IMG/VR virus record: IMGVR_UViG_2885028616_000003
Span: 46,985-110,984 of that record
Length of the DNA stretch: 64,000 bases
DNA from: a virus
Lineage: Duplodnaviria; Caudoviricetes
Strand: one strand, 5' to 3'
Shown: positions 28,586 to 38,478 of the stretch, piece by piece
Numbering within the stretch: the first letter of the stretch is position 1
Layout of the letters: the number at the start of each line of letters is the position of its first letter
Position numbers and translations under genes: made by a program
The notes under the pieces: generated by a model
What the model was told of the DNA's origin: nothing
The model's input: only the letters and a program-made list of their open reading frames with translations
The model's database searches: none

Positions 28586-28636
28586 ACTTTGCTTCTTCCG
28601 TATTAACAAAGTAACTCTATGTAGCAACCTTGTCAA
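28586..28636 (-). promoter_or_regulatory. Sigma70-type promoter TTGACA-17-TACTTT with overlapping operator
   Basis: Minus strand TTGACA aggttgctacatagagt TACTTT gttaatacggaagaagcaaagt upstream of DUF932. Confidence 0.8.
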
Positions 28637-28861
28637 CACGATTGAGGCGAAGGCGAGCAGACGGCGAGCGCAAGGGAAGACGCCGAGCAGCAGCTAAGCC
28701 GTCAATCAGCACACCGGACGCGCAGCGCCACCTGGCAACGCCAGGGACACTGCCCAGCACGAAGGGTGACCATCACACGGATGGCGAGCCGCCGACCTGA
28801 AGGAGCGCCAGCCGCCGGGGCGCCCGAACCGCTCCGACCGCGAAGCCTTTATTCGCTATGT

Positions 28862-29887
28862 ATGGCTAAAGAATCCGGAGCATCATGGTTTGCTATGGAA
28901 TCTGACGCCCCAGAGGGCGACTCGGAAGAGTCAGAGGAGACTGCGACTCAGGAGAGCGCCGTTCCCCCCGAAGAAGCTGCGCCACGCACGGAGCGCCCAG
29001 CGCGTCCTCTCGCCGACGCCTTCCAAGGGGCCGGCTTCAAGATCAGACCTATCGGTTTCAGGTTTCCCGTGCCGAAGTATCCGCTGGTCGACACCAGCCT
29101 CATCCTCCGCACCCACAATGAGCTGCTGATCGATTTCGGGAAGATCACCGAATCCTGGCTGCAGGACTTTCGGCTGCGGATCCCCCTCGACCTCGGTATC
29201 CCCGACGACTGGGAACCGCCGAACTGGGGCGACCGGTGCTTCTACGAGAACGGAATCTTCAACCTCGACCTGTTCGACGCTGCAGAAACGATCATGAAGG
29301 AGGAAGGGCTGCCCCTCGCTTACGTCCCCCACAGCGAGTTGGTCAACGCGCTGCTCCTCGCCGAGAACAAGGACGCAAGGCGAGCGCTCCTCGTCTCCCA
29401 CCGAGGCGACGTGATCGAGGACTGCACCGAGACCCTCAAGGAGATCACGCACCCCGATCTCCAAGGGCACCGGGCAGCGATTCAGGATGCCCTGGCTGCG
29501 CTGGCTCAAGGGATCGATGGACCGGCCCAGTCGCACGCTGCCAACGTCTTCGACCAACTGCTACGTCACATCATGCGCAACGGGGTTCTCTTCCCGGAGA
29601 GCCTCGGCGAGTTCTTCTACCACGACAAGACCGCGAAGCGCCTGAAGCGCCGGTGGGTCCATGACGACATCGACATCGCCGAGTTCCGGGCTGGGTGTGT
29701 CCTCACCCCTGCTGTTCCTGCGCTCCGCAAGTACACCTCTGGCAGGGACCCCATTCCGGACACCTTCAATCGCCACGCAACCAGCCACGCGGTTCATTCC
29801 GCAGTCCAGTTCACCGAAGCAAACGCCATCATCGGCTGTATGCTCGCGACTTCCCTGCTCCGCGAGATCCACGACTCCGGCTGGTGA
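28862..29887 (+). CDS. Moron: putative HEPN-domain protein
   Basis: Opposite strand, lower GC; C-terminal PDTFNRHATSH (Rx4H); start codon uncertain. Confidence 0.62.
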   Translation: MAKESGASWFAMESDAPEGDSEESEETATQESAVPPEEAAPRTERPARPLADAFQGAGFKIRPIGFRFPVPKYPLVDTSLILRTHNELLIDFGKITESWLQDFRLRIPLDLGIPDDWEPPNWGDRCFYENGIFNLDLFDAAETIMKEEGLPLAYVPHSELVNALLLAENKDARRALLVSHRGDVIEDCTETLKEITHPDLQGHRAAIQDALAALAQGIDGPAQSHAANVFDQLLRHIMRNGVLFPESLGEFFYHDKTAKRLKRRWVHDDIDIAEFRAGCVLTPAVPALRKYTSGRDPIPDTFNRHATSHAVHSAVQFTEANAIIGCMLATSLLREIHDSGW

Positions 29888-30153
29888 CCGGTCTCCTTGG
29901 CCCGTGACGGCCGCGTCGGAGACCGGTCCCCCGGGCCACGCCGTTTCCACTCAGCTTCGGGTCACGGCAGTCACGTGCCCTGAGCGCGGGACGGCTCGCA
30001 CCAACCCGGACCGTGTCTCTGACCCGTCTCGAACGGGTCGTGCTCCCCCGCCGGCTACCCGGGTGCCACGGTTGCCCGTGGCAGCAGCAGAGACGACCAC
30101 CACCATCATCATGTCGCGCAACGACTTCCCCAGCGGCACTCTTCAGGGGCATG

Positions 30154-31080
30154 TCACCCCAACGACGCTGCCAACTCCAGGGCGCCGGCGGCAATGAGGT
30201 TGCCGAGTGCTCCGGCAGCAGCCGTGTTCAGGTGCGCGCCGACGAACTGAAGGCCGCGCCGGATCCGCCCGACGTCCGGGGTGCCGCTGTTGACCTCCCG
30301 TTCCAGCTCCTCCAGGACTTCCACGACTTCAGCCTCGGCCTCGGCGGGGAGGTTGATGGTCGGCTTGGCCTGCCGGTACTGCTCGACCACACTCATGACC
30401 TGGGCGACTTTTTCGCCCTCGAAGACGGTCACGTGCTGCTCGAAGTGCTGGCTATCGACAGCGAAGGCGCCTTTGTTGTCCCCGCCGAACGTGATGTTCG
30501 TGCCGGCCTTGTGCTTCGCCTGCTCGTACGCCATGACGTCTCCCGAGTACTGCTCGATGCAACGGTCGCCTTCGTTGGTCGGTTCTGCCCGTACCGGGCC
30601 ACGGCGCTGAGCGACCTCGACGCCGTGGATCAGGCCGCTATCCCTCAGCGATGCCGCCGCTCGGTCAATCTCGTTCTCCGAGAGGATGTCGCCCTCAAAC
30701 TTGGCCTTTGGGCTCTTACGGAAGCTGTCGACGAGCGGATAACCTCTCCCCGCCTCCTTCTGCTCCCACAGCCAGACCAGGAGACCGTTGCGCGCGGCGA
30801 TCTTCCGCTGGATCTTGTCGCCACGGCGGCTCTTACGCGCTTCGGCCCATTCGCGGCCGTAGTTCGTGATGTTGGCCACCGGGGTCCCGAGGGTGCTGTG
30901 CTTGTCGTCCACGAAGCCGCGCTCTTTGCAGTGCCTCAGCAGCGTCCAGCACGCCTCGCTGGTGAGGTTGTGCATGCTGCCGAACCCTGCCACTTCCACT
31001 TCCCCGAGCGGGTTGTCATTCGAGTGGTCGAACACCCACTCGACGAACAGCTCGTAGAGGTCGGAGAGGTTTTCGGTCAT
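30154..31080 (-). CDS. Moron: hypothetical protein, possible tandem winged-helix plus helical C-terminus
   Basis: 308 aa; two L...G.I.....TxxG wHTH-like segments. Confidence 0.65.
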   Translation of the reverse strand: MTENLSDLYELFVEWVFDHSNDNPLGEVEVAGFGSMHNLTSEACWTLLRHCKERGFVDDKHSTLGTPVANITNYGREWAEARKSRRGDKIQRKIAARNGLLVWLWEQKEAGRGYPLVDSFRKSPKAKFEGDILSENEIDRAAASLRDSGLIHGVEVAQRRGPVRAEPTNEGDRCIEQYSGDVMAYEQAKHKAGTNITFGGDNKGAFAVDSQHFEQHVTVFEGEKVAQVMSVVEQYRQAKPTINLPAEAEAEVVEVLEELEREVNSGTPDVGRIRRGLQFVGAHLNTAAAGALGNLIAAGALELAASLG

Positions 31081-31220
31081 CCGTGCTCCGTTTCGTTCAC
31101 GGCGGGGGGCTCGGACTCGAAACAGTCTGCATGCCCGAAACGAGCGATCCGTCCAGAAAGGATCTGTGGATCTTGATAACTGCCTGAATTGACTAGGAGG
31201 CCGTCACCCTCGCGGACTAC

Positions 31221-31310
31221 TCAAAGGCCGAACGGCATTCTCGTATTGATGCGCTCGCAGCGCTCGTCGGCGTCGAGCTGCACGCCGAGCCACTGAACAA
31301 GATCGTTCAT
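31221..31310 (-). pseudogene. Truncated DUF6221-like gene remnant
   Basis: MNDLVQWLGVQLDADER matches the N-terminus of intact 32305..32904 (LVKFLRAQLDRDER), then stops at 29 aa. Confidence 0.65.
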
Positions 31311-31311
31311 G

Positions 31312-32265
31312 TCAGCCTGCCTTCGCTGCTTGTTCGAGGAGCCTGATCCACGACCCGCGCGGGTACCGTTCGCCGCAGCCGGGCTCGGCCGGGTACTCGA
31401 CCGGCCCCCACTCGGTCCAGGGACCGCCCGGCCCGTGCACCGTGGCGGCCGGGAAGCCAGCGCACCAGACGGCGGTGGAGGCGTCGGCGCGGACGTGAAG
31501 GTCTCCCCCGCAGGCGCCGCACACCAGGTCCTTGAGGCGGACGATGGGGGCGTCGTAGCCGAGGAAGATCCGGCACGTCGACACCCACCCCCGCACCTGT
31601 CGGATGGCGTCGCGGGCGGTGTCGTCGTCGACGTCCAGGAGCAGCCCGACGCACTCGTGGAGCGCCGCCGAAGGGGCCTTGCGGCCGCCCCAGGTTCGTT
31701 CGGCAGCGTGGCGGAGATCGCGGCGGAGACGGTCGATACCGCGGCGGATGTCGTCGTACAACTCGACCGCGGACGTGGCGGGGGTCGCGGACTCGAAACC
31801 GAGGGAGCGCAGCGGGTTGAGGGCGCCGTCGCGGTCCCATCCGGGTGACCCGCCGGGGACGGCGGCGCCTCCGGCGACGACACCGAGGCGTGCGGCGGGG
31901 CGCTGCTCGGTACGGGCGTGGACCCACTTCCCGTGCGAGCACCGCAGGCCTTGGCGCGCCGCCCCGCACCGGTCGTCCCAGCCGACGCCGTCGGGGCCGC
32001 GGTGAGCACTGGCCCACTGGTACACCTTCACCGGCACGGTCGCCTTCGCGGACTTGATGGCGTGGAGCTGGTCGAGGAGGCCGACGTCGCGGGTGCGGTG
32101 CCGCGCGTCGGGGTCGACGACCGTCACGGTGCGGCCGGCGCCTCGGTTGACGTCCTTGTAGCGGGTGACGGCTTCGTCGGTGGTGACTTCGTCGACGAGC
32201 TCGCGGACGAGCTGGGCGAGTTCCTCGGCCGGGCTGGTCGGGATGGTGGCGGCGGGTTCTGTCAA
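31312..32265 (-). CDS. Zn-ribbon phage protein, candidate late-gene regulator
   Basis: LLDQL...YDAP...CGACGG.L......VWC...CGERYP; last gene of early operon. Confidence 0.65.
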   Translation of the reverse strand: MTEPAATIPTSPAEELAQLVRELVDEVTTDEAVTRYKDVNRGAGRTVTVVDPDARHRTRDVGLLDQLHAIKSAKATVPVKVYQWASAHRGPDGVGWDDRCGAARQGLRCSHGKWVHARTEQRPAARLGVVAGGAAVPGGSPGWDRDGALNPLRSLGFESATPATSAVELYDDIRRGIDRLRRDLRHAAERTWGGRKAPSAALHECVGLLLDVDDDTARDAIRQVRGWVSTCRIFLGYDAPIVRLKDLVCGACGGDLHVRADASTAVWCAGFPAATVHGPGGPWTEWGPVEYPAEPGCGERYPRGSWIRLLEQAAKAG

Positions 32266-32304
32266 TGCGGGCTCCCCTCGGCGGCGGGCGGTGGTCGAGC
32301 GGGG

Positions 32305-32904
32305 TTAGGGACGCCATTCGGGCCGGTAGCCGGGCTGGTCTGCGTAGATCGCGGCCAGCTCCAGCAGTTCGCGGGGCGGTCGCTCCATCCGGCGGTGCCT
32401 CTCGGCGGCCTTCTCTGGTGGGAGGCGGCGACGCCAGTAGGACTCTTCGATGTAGTCGAACCGCTCCCAGCCGTCCCGGCCCTCTTCGACGTTCCGTTCC
32501 CATGAGGGGTCCGGCTTGCCGTCAGGACCGTCCGGCGGCTCGTCGGCTTCGTCCCACGCTTTCCGCGGGCCCTCGGTGGTCTCGTACTCGTAGTCCGGGT
32601 GCGCACAGCGGGCGTGTAGCTCGGCGTCGGTTTCGGTGGGGCGGTTGATCCACCAGTCGTGGCGGTCGAGGACGGCTCGCTTGTGGGCGACCTCGGCCAG
32701 CACCCGGCGGGGAACTGCGGTGGCGCGGATCAGGTTGGCGGCGTCGGTGGCGATGCGGGCGCACAGCGGGTGGGTTCGGTCGTCCAGCCAGGCTGCGTCT
32801 TCGAACCCGCCGTCCTGGCCACCGTCGTCAGCGATCGCCGCTCGGGCGATGCGCTCGTCCCGGTCCAGTTGGGCCCGCAGGAACTTCACCAGGGGCTCGT
32901 TCAT
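32305..32904 (-). CDS. DUF6221-like protein
   Basis: FLRAQLDRDERIA...PRRVLAEVAHKR...LAAIYADQPGYRPEWRP. Confidence 0.85.
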   Translation of the reverse strand: MNEPLVKFLRAQLDRDERIARAAIADDGGQDGGFEDAAWLDDRTHPLCARIATDAANLIRATAVPRRVLAEVAHKRAVLDRHDWWINRPTETDAELHARCAHPDYEYETTEGPRKAWDEADEPPDGPDGKPDPSWERNVEEGRDGWERFDYIEESYWRRRLPPEKAAERHRRMERPPRELLELAAIYADQPGYRPEWRP

Positions 32905-33182
32905 TGGTGCTGGTCCTTCAGGTAGCCGGGGTGGGCGAGGGTGAGGTGCGCTCGTAGGACGGTCTCGACGCGCCGGGCCTGGGCTGTGGCCAGCTTGCAG
33001 GCCATGGCGGTGAGCGCCTGGTCGAGGTTCTCGGGTGTGAAGTTGATGGGGAGCGGGATCGGGCCGGACGGTTCGAGGCCGGGCCGCTCGTCCCAATGCC
33101 AGCGGCACCTGGTGACCGGGCAGTGGTAGCGGACGGTGCCGCTTCCGAGCGGGCGGGTGAGTTCAGCGACCGGAACCTTCAT
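32901..33182 (-). CDS. Hypothetical protein
   Basis: 93 aa, CPxxxCxW...HxxxxH; ATGA overlap. Confidence 0.65.
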   Translation of the reverse strand: MKVPVAELTRPLGSGTVRYHCPVTRCRWHWDERPGLEPSGPIPLPINFTPENLDQALTAMACKLATAQARRVETVLRAHLTLAHPGYLKDQHQ

Positions 33183-33249
33183 GATCCTTCTCTCCCGGAG
33201 GTGAAGGAACCTGACCCGACGCAGGTCAGGACGGTGCGCGCTCTCGGGG

Positions 33250-33630
33250 TCACGGCTTGATCCCCATGTCGTTGCGGGTGGCCCACTGCGCGCGCTGTTC
33301 GCTGAACACCTTCATGACCCGCTCGCGGTCCCAGCCCTCCACGCGGAGGAACGGCACGTGGCGGCCGGTTTTGCCCCACTCGTGGCGGGCGTAGTTCGGG
33401 TGCCCGTCGAAGGTCCGGCGGTCGGAGGTCACGACCGGGTCGGGGCCGTGCTGCCCCTGCGGGTGCCACCACAGGGTCCACCAGTCCCGCACCTCCAGCG
33501 GCCCGTCGTGGACCTCGTACTCCTCGAAGTCCTCGCCGAGCTCGAAGTCGCGGGCGTCCTCCGGGCGGGTGAACACGGCTTCGATCCGGTAGTCGGAGTA
33601 GCTGCCGGAGGTGGCGATCCAGACCTTCAC
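33250..33630 (-). CDS. Hypothetical phage protein
   Basis: KVWIATSGSYSDYRIEAVF..E.A motif; GTGA overlap. Confidence 0.7.
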   Translation of the reverse strand: MKVWIATSGSYSDYRIEAVFTRPEDARDFELGEDFEEYEVHDGPLEVRDWWTLWWHPQGQHGPDPVVTSDRRTFDGHPNYARHEWGKTGRHVPFLRVEGWDRERVMKVFSEQRAQWATRNDMGIKP

Positions 33631-34292
33631 GGTGCCTCCAGCTCGACTATCTCTGGGCCGTGCTCGCTCTGCCACTCGTACGGCTGGCCGACGAGCTGTC
33701 GCGCGGCTTCCGTGGCCGCCGGGCTGGACGCGAACTCGGGAGGCATGTCCGTCCGCTTGAGCTTCGCGTGGCGCCCGTCTGGGTGCCACCAGACGATCCC
33801 CTCGTACGGGCGGGCGAGGAGCCAAAGGGCGAGGCCGTCGAAGTCGAGCGGGACGTCTCCGAGGTCGTGCGCGCCGTGCGGGATCAGGACGTGCGCCTCG
33901 AACCCCTCAGGGTTCCGGTTGATCTTCGGGCCGCACAGCTCGTAGGTGCCGGGCTCGAACCGGTGCCCGTCCTCATACAGGGCCGGGTTAAGCGCCTCGG
34001 CGTGGATCTTGGCGTACGAGGTGTCCTCGATCGGGAGCCACCCCGTCCGCTTCCCCGTCCGGTCATCGACCTGCACGAGAGAAAAGTTCGGCGGCGGGGT
34101 CTTGCCCGGCTTGACCTCGCGGCGGCCGTGCCACCGACCGCCTGCGTCCAGCAGCGTGCACGTCCCGTCGAGCTTGCGCGTCGCGCGGCCTTCGCCGGCG
34201 AACACCCAGGCGCAGTCGGGGTTGGGTTCGCGGGTGACGCGGGAGCGGTCGTTCTCCCAGTCCCGGATGAAGATCGTCGGCATCTTACGCAT
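33627..34292 (-). CDS. RNA ligase-like nucleotidyltransferase (DUF5565-like)
   Basis: K.PT.F; motif I TRKLDGT; GTYELCGPKIN.NP; EGIVW...AKLKR. Confidence 0.8.
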   Translation of the reverse strand: MRKMPTIFIRDWENDRSRVTREPNPDCAWVFAGEGRATRKLDGTCTLLDAGGRWHGRREVKPGKTPPPNFSLVQVDDRTGKRTGWLPIEDTSYAKIHAEALNPALYEDGHRFEPGTYELCGPKINRNPEGFEAHVLIPHGAHDLGDVPLDFDGLALWLLARPYEGIVWWHPDGRHAKLKRTDMPPEFASSPAATEAARQLVGQPYEWQSEHGPEIVELEAP

Positions 34293-34885
34293 GTCGTGCT
34301 CCGTTCTCGGTGGGTGTCCCGGCCGGGATCGTCTCGACGCGGTACGTGGGGTCGCCGGTGCCGGTGTACGTGGGCGTGAGGTTGCTCATCAGCGTGTGGG
34401 TGTGCTCCTCGCAGTACGGTCCGCAGCGCTTCCGGTCGGTCCCGTCCGGGCCGACCAGTACGACCTGCCGCGGGCCGTGCGGCTGGCCGCAGCCGGACCG
34501 GCGGCAGTCGGCGGAGTCCTCGGTGAGCGTCATCGGGTCGAGTCCTTTCGCGCCGCGGCGAGGATGCGGAGGACCTCGGCGGCCGCCTGGTCGCGGTCGA
34601 TGACGGGCTCTGCGCTGATGAGCCATCCGGGCGGGTGGATCGGGTCGCAGCCACCGGCGGCGGCCGCTCCGGCGGGCACGGGTTGCCGGTCGAGGGCGTG
34701 GACGCGGTCGGGCGCGAGCGGCGGCGTGCGGTCGTCATGGTCGAGCCCGACCTCCGAGGCGGCGGGCTGCCACACGGGTCTGGCGGGCAGGCAGTTGGTG
34801 CAGCCGCGGCCCCTGCACTCGGCGCAGTAGTCGTCGAGCGCCTGGAGGAGGCCGGGGTCCTCGTCGAAGATGTAGAGGGTCGGCT

Positions 34886-35653
34886 TCATCCGTTCGCCTC
34901 CTGGATGATGCACGCGGCCATCTGGACCATCGCGCCGACGTGCGCCGGGATCGCCTCGTCCGGGACGGCCTTCACCAGCGCGGTGAACGCGTCGCGGTCG
35001 CCATTGGCCCGCGCGGCGATGAGTCGGCACGCCCACTGCTCTGTGATCGGGACACCGGCGTCGGTGGTCTGGACCCGGCCGGTTTCGGTGTCCAGCCATG
35101 ACAGTCCGACCGGGCCGTCTCGGACGGGCATGACCTCCAGGGCGGCGTCGCACCAGTGCATGAGGGCGGTGGTGATGCCTGCCATGCCGTGGTCGTTCTG
35201 GAGCTGGTTGAGGGCGCGGTTGGTTGCGCTGCGGTCGCCGGCGCGCATGGCATCCAGCGCGGCCGAGGCGGCGTGTTGAATCCCCAGGTCGGCGCTCGCT
35301 GCGTCGGTCCCTTCGGTCAGCTCGTACCGCTCACCGCGCACCACTGCGACGCCGGGCTCGATCTCGGCGTCCCGGAGTTCGAAGAGGTGCCAGACGAGGC
35401 CCTCGCGGGTGCGGGGCGCGGTTCCCCGCCACAGTGCGCAGGGCGGGATGGGCTGCCCGGTGCCGAACACCTGGAAGGTGAACGGGAGCGGCCGGTGGGC
35501 GTACTCGTCGGAGTGCAGCGCCCAGAACTCGACCTCGCTGGCGGTGGCGGACAGGTGGAGCGGTCCCAATTCGGCGGCGCGGCCGGGCGCCAGTTCGATC
35601 GTGTGGGGCTTGTCGTCGACGGGGACGACGTACCGGTACATCCGCTCAGCCAT
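34886..35653 (-). CDS. Hypothetical two-domain phage protein
   Basis: YRY.VPVDD...VFGTG.P...LVWHLFE N-terminal domain. Confidence 0.7.
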   Translation of the reverse strand: MAERMYRYVVPVDDKPHTIELAPGRAAELGPLHLSATASEVEFWALHSDEYAHRPLPFTFQVFGTGQPIPPCALWRGTAPRTREGLVWHLFELRDAEIEPGVAVVRGERYELTEGTDAASADLGIQHAASAALDAMRAGDRSATNRALNQLQNDHGMAGITTALMHWCDAALEVMPVRDGPVGLSWLDTETGRVQTTDAGVPITEQWACRLIAARANGDRDAFTALVKAVPDEAIPAHVGAMVQMAACIIQEANG

Positions 35654-35950
35654 GGTCGTCCTTCTTCGGGGTGGTGCAGCCGCAGCAGCACCAGGTGCGG
35701 TCGACGCCGCGGCGCTCGCCGTGTTCGTTCAATGGCCGGGCTGGGTGTGCGGCGAGCCGAGCCAGCAGCCCCTCGAGGGCGTCGGTTGGGAGGTCGAGCA
35801 GGACGGTGTCGATGGGGCCGGGCTGGGTGATGCAGGCGTGGGCGATGCCGTGGTCGGCGCACGCCTTGCAGAGCGGGCAGAACCCGCCGCCGACGCTGGC
35901 GCGGTCGTCGAGCGCGGCCGCGGTGGCGGGGATGGTGTGGTCGGGCATGG

Positions 35951-36427
35951 TCAGCCCCAGTAGGAGACGAGGAGCCACGCGGGCTCGGGCTGCTTGGGTG
36001 TGAGGCCGAGGGCGCGGAGCGCGGCGGTGAGCTTGTCGTCCAAGCCGTTCTCGCTGGGCAGTCGGGCGAGTTCGTCGAGGTTGAGGAGCTTGCAGTCGCC
36101 TCGGTGCACGGTGATCACGTGCGCGGCGATCGTGTAGATCGGGTAGTCACCCGAGCAGTAAGTCTCGAACTCGACGCCGAGCGCCTTCTTGGCCGCGCGC
36201 TCGCGGCCGAAGTAGCCGTCACGGCCGTCTTCGTAGGTCTCGGTGAACCCGGCCGCCTTGAGGAGGTGCTTCTCGGCGGCGTCGATGAAGTCGTCGTCGC
36301 CTTCTTCGTCGAACCAGTCGAGTTGGAGTTCGCCGTACTTGCCATTGGCTTCCTCGACGAGCCAGTCGATCTCGCCGCCGCCGAGGTTGTAGCCGTAGAC
36401 GAGCACGGCGTTGGTGGACTGTCCCAT
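35951..36427 (-). CDS. Hypothetical acidic phage protein
   Basis: MGQST.AVLVYG...P.WLLVSYWG. Confidence 0.75.
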   Translation of the reverse strand: MGQSTNAVLVYGYNLGGGEIDWLVEEANGKYGELQLDWFDEEGDDDFIDAAEKHLLKAAGFTETYEDGRDGYFGRERAAKKALGVEFETYCSGDYPIYTIAAHVITVHRGDCKLLNLDELARLPSENGLDDKLTAALRALGLTPKQPEPAWLLVSYWG

Positions 36428-36445
36428 AGTCAGGGTTCCTTTCGG

Positions 36446-37156
36446 TCAGGCGGCGGGGTTGCCGGGGGCGAGGGCGCGGAGGACGGGCGGGACGAGCTGC
36501 GGGACGACCTGCCGCTGCTCGGGTGAGAGGTTGAGGCCGTCGAGGATCTGCCGGATGGCGCCCGCGAGCTGCTCGCCCTGCTGCTCGGCGACGCGGACGT
36601 GGCGTTCGGCGATGCCCATGTCGTGCGCGGCCTTCGCGTACTTCACGACCCGGTCGCGTTCCTGTCCCTCGAGGAGCACGAGTCCGCGGATGGCTTCCCC
36701 GGATGCGAAGATCCCGTGTTCCTTGTCGGCGCTGTAGGTGTGGCCGATGAGGCCGGCGCCTTCTCCCACTGGGGGCGCGCCCTTGCCGTAGGGGTCGCCT
36801 GTCTCTTCGCGGTCTTCCTGCGCTTGGAGGACCTGCTCCTCGAGGAGGCCGGCGTAGAAGTTCGCGCGGAAAACTGCCAGGTTCAGCATGCCGATGACGG
36901 CTTGGGCGGGGTCGACGGCGGGCTGTCCGTAGGTGGCGGACCAGGCGTCCATGGCTGCGCCTTGGACTTCGGCGAGTTCGAGGGTGACGCCGGCGTGGTT
37001 GCGGCAGCGGTCGAGGCCGGTGACTGCTGGGCTGTGGCAGCGGCCTCCGCCGCGTGATTGCTTGCGGTTCTTGATGCACTCCCAGCGTTGGTGTTCGTCG
37101 CACCAGTGGGCGCCGCCGTTCCGGACGCGAGGCGGGGGCGTGTCCTGGTCGCTCAC
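36446..37156 (-). CDS. Terminase small subunit-like protein (HGGxSTG-related Zn motif)
   Basis: C...G.RC..PAV.G..RC..HAG...ERDR..K.AK.A.DMGIAER.V..AE..G..LA..I..IL..L.L. Confidence 0.6.
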   Translation of the reverse strand: MSDQDTPPPRVRNGGAHWCDEHQRWECIKNRKQSRGGGRCHSPAVTGLDRCRNHAGVTLELAEVQGAAMDAWSATYGQPAVDPAQAVIGMLNLAVFRANFYAGLLEEQVLQAQEDREETGDPYGKGAPPVGEGAGLIGHTYSADKEHGIFASGEAIRGLVLLEGQERDRVVKYAKAAHDMGIAERHVRVAEQQGEQLAGAIRQILDGLNLSPEQRQVVPQLVPPVLRALAPGNPAA

Positions 37157-37974
37157 CGAATCCCCCCTTCGCTTTCCGGAGTCATCCTGTCGCTATGCGT
37201 GACTTCCTTGGACATGCGAACGTCAGCGGCGCCGTTCTCGTTCCCCTCCACCGGGTCGAGGCGGCGGCCGCACCTTTGGCAGCGCGGCCCGGCCACGAAG
37301 GGTTCGGTGAAGCCCCAGGCGACCACTTCGATGAGGCCGTGGTCCGGCCCGGGGTCGTGACCGAGCGCATCGCATTCCGCAGCGGCGATGCGGTCGGCGA
37401 AGGCCTGCGCATCGTCGTGGCGGTGCTGTTCGCTGGCGGCTTCGAGCGCGGCCAGGGCCGGGCCCACATCTGGCGCCAGGGTGGGCGGCCGATCGGGGCG
37501 TCGAGCCCGCGACCCTACCCAGAGGCCCAGTGGCACGGCAGGTGCTCCGAGCAGGACACCGGCGACGCTTCCTACGATTACGCCGAGGAAGACGGCGGTG
37601 AGCGTGGCCGTGATGCTGGCGGTGATGGTGACCGCTGCGGCGGTCAGCGCACCGTAGACAAACCGCCTGGGTGTGGCGGTCACTTGGCCTCCTGGGTACG
37701 GAGTTTGTCGATCAGGTCGCGCGGTGGGCGCGGTGCGGGTGCTCCTCCGCGGGCGAGGCGCCGGAGCACGCGGTCGTATCGGCGGACGGCCCGGTCGGGG
37801 CCGGTCGCGGTGATCAGGTGGAGGCGGAGGAGCCATCCGCCGTCGTGCTCGGTGTCGACGGTGAGACCGCACGCTCGGGCGGTGAGGGCGAGACGTCGGG
37901 GCGCGTACCGGGTCCAGGGCCAGGACCAGACGGCGTGGGTCAGGGACGGCATCGCCATCGGGAGATCGGGGTTG

Positions 37975-38478
37975 CTAGGCATCGGCGGCTCCCTCGATCG
38001 CCTTGTTGAGCATGTTCATCTGGGTGGCGTAGAAGGCGAGCGCCATGTTCTCGGCGGCGTCTTCGGACCAGCCGTCGGCGATGAGCTGGGTTCGGTAGCC
38101 GCGCGCGGCTTCGTCGAGCGGGGCGAGGTTCTCTCTGAATTCAGCCAGGTTCTGCGCGAACATGTGCGGCAGGTCCTTATCGGGCTCGGCCTCGTCCGGC
38201 TCCTCGGGTCGGCCAGTGGGCCCCTGGTCTCGTCGCGCCAGCCAGATCATGAGGACGACCACGGTGAGGCCGATGACGATCGCGGCCAGCATGAGGATGT
38301 CCAGCACATCCAGGACTGGCCCCGGTGAAATGGTTCCGGTTTCGAGCAGCATCACGGCCGCGAGGACGAACAGGAACCATATGAGGCTGACGATCCGGCG
38401 AGGGGGCGGCCCGGTCGGTGTAGGGCGGTCGAGGAGCCATTGCCAAGCCCGTCGTGCTCGCGGAGCTGTGGTGTCCAT
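37975..38478 (-). CDS. Membrane protein
   Basis: Two hydrophobic segments; TGATG coupling. Confidence 0.65.
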   Translation of the reverse strand: MDTTAPRARRAWQWLLDRPTPTGPPPRRIVSLIWFLFVLAAVMLLETGTISPGPVLDVLDILMLAAIVIGLTVVVLMIWLARRDQGPTGRPEEPDEAEPDKDLPHMFAQNLAEFRENLAPLDEAARGYRTQLIADGWSEDAAENMALAFYATQMNMLNKAIEGAADA

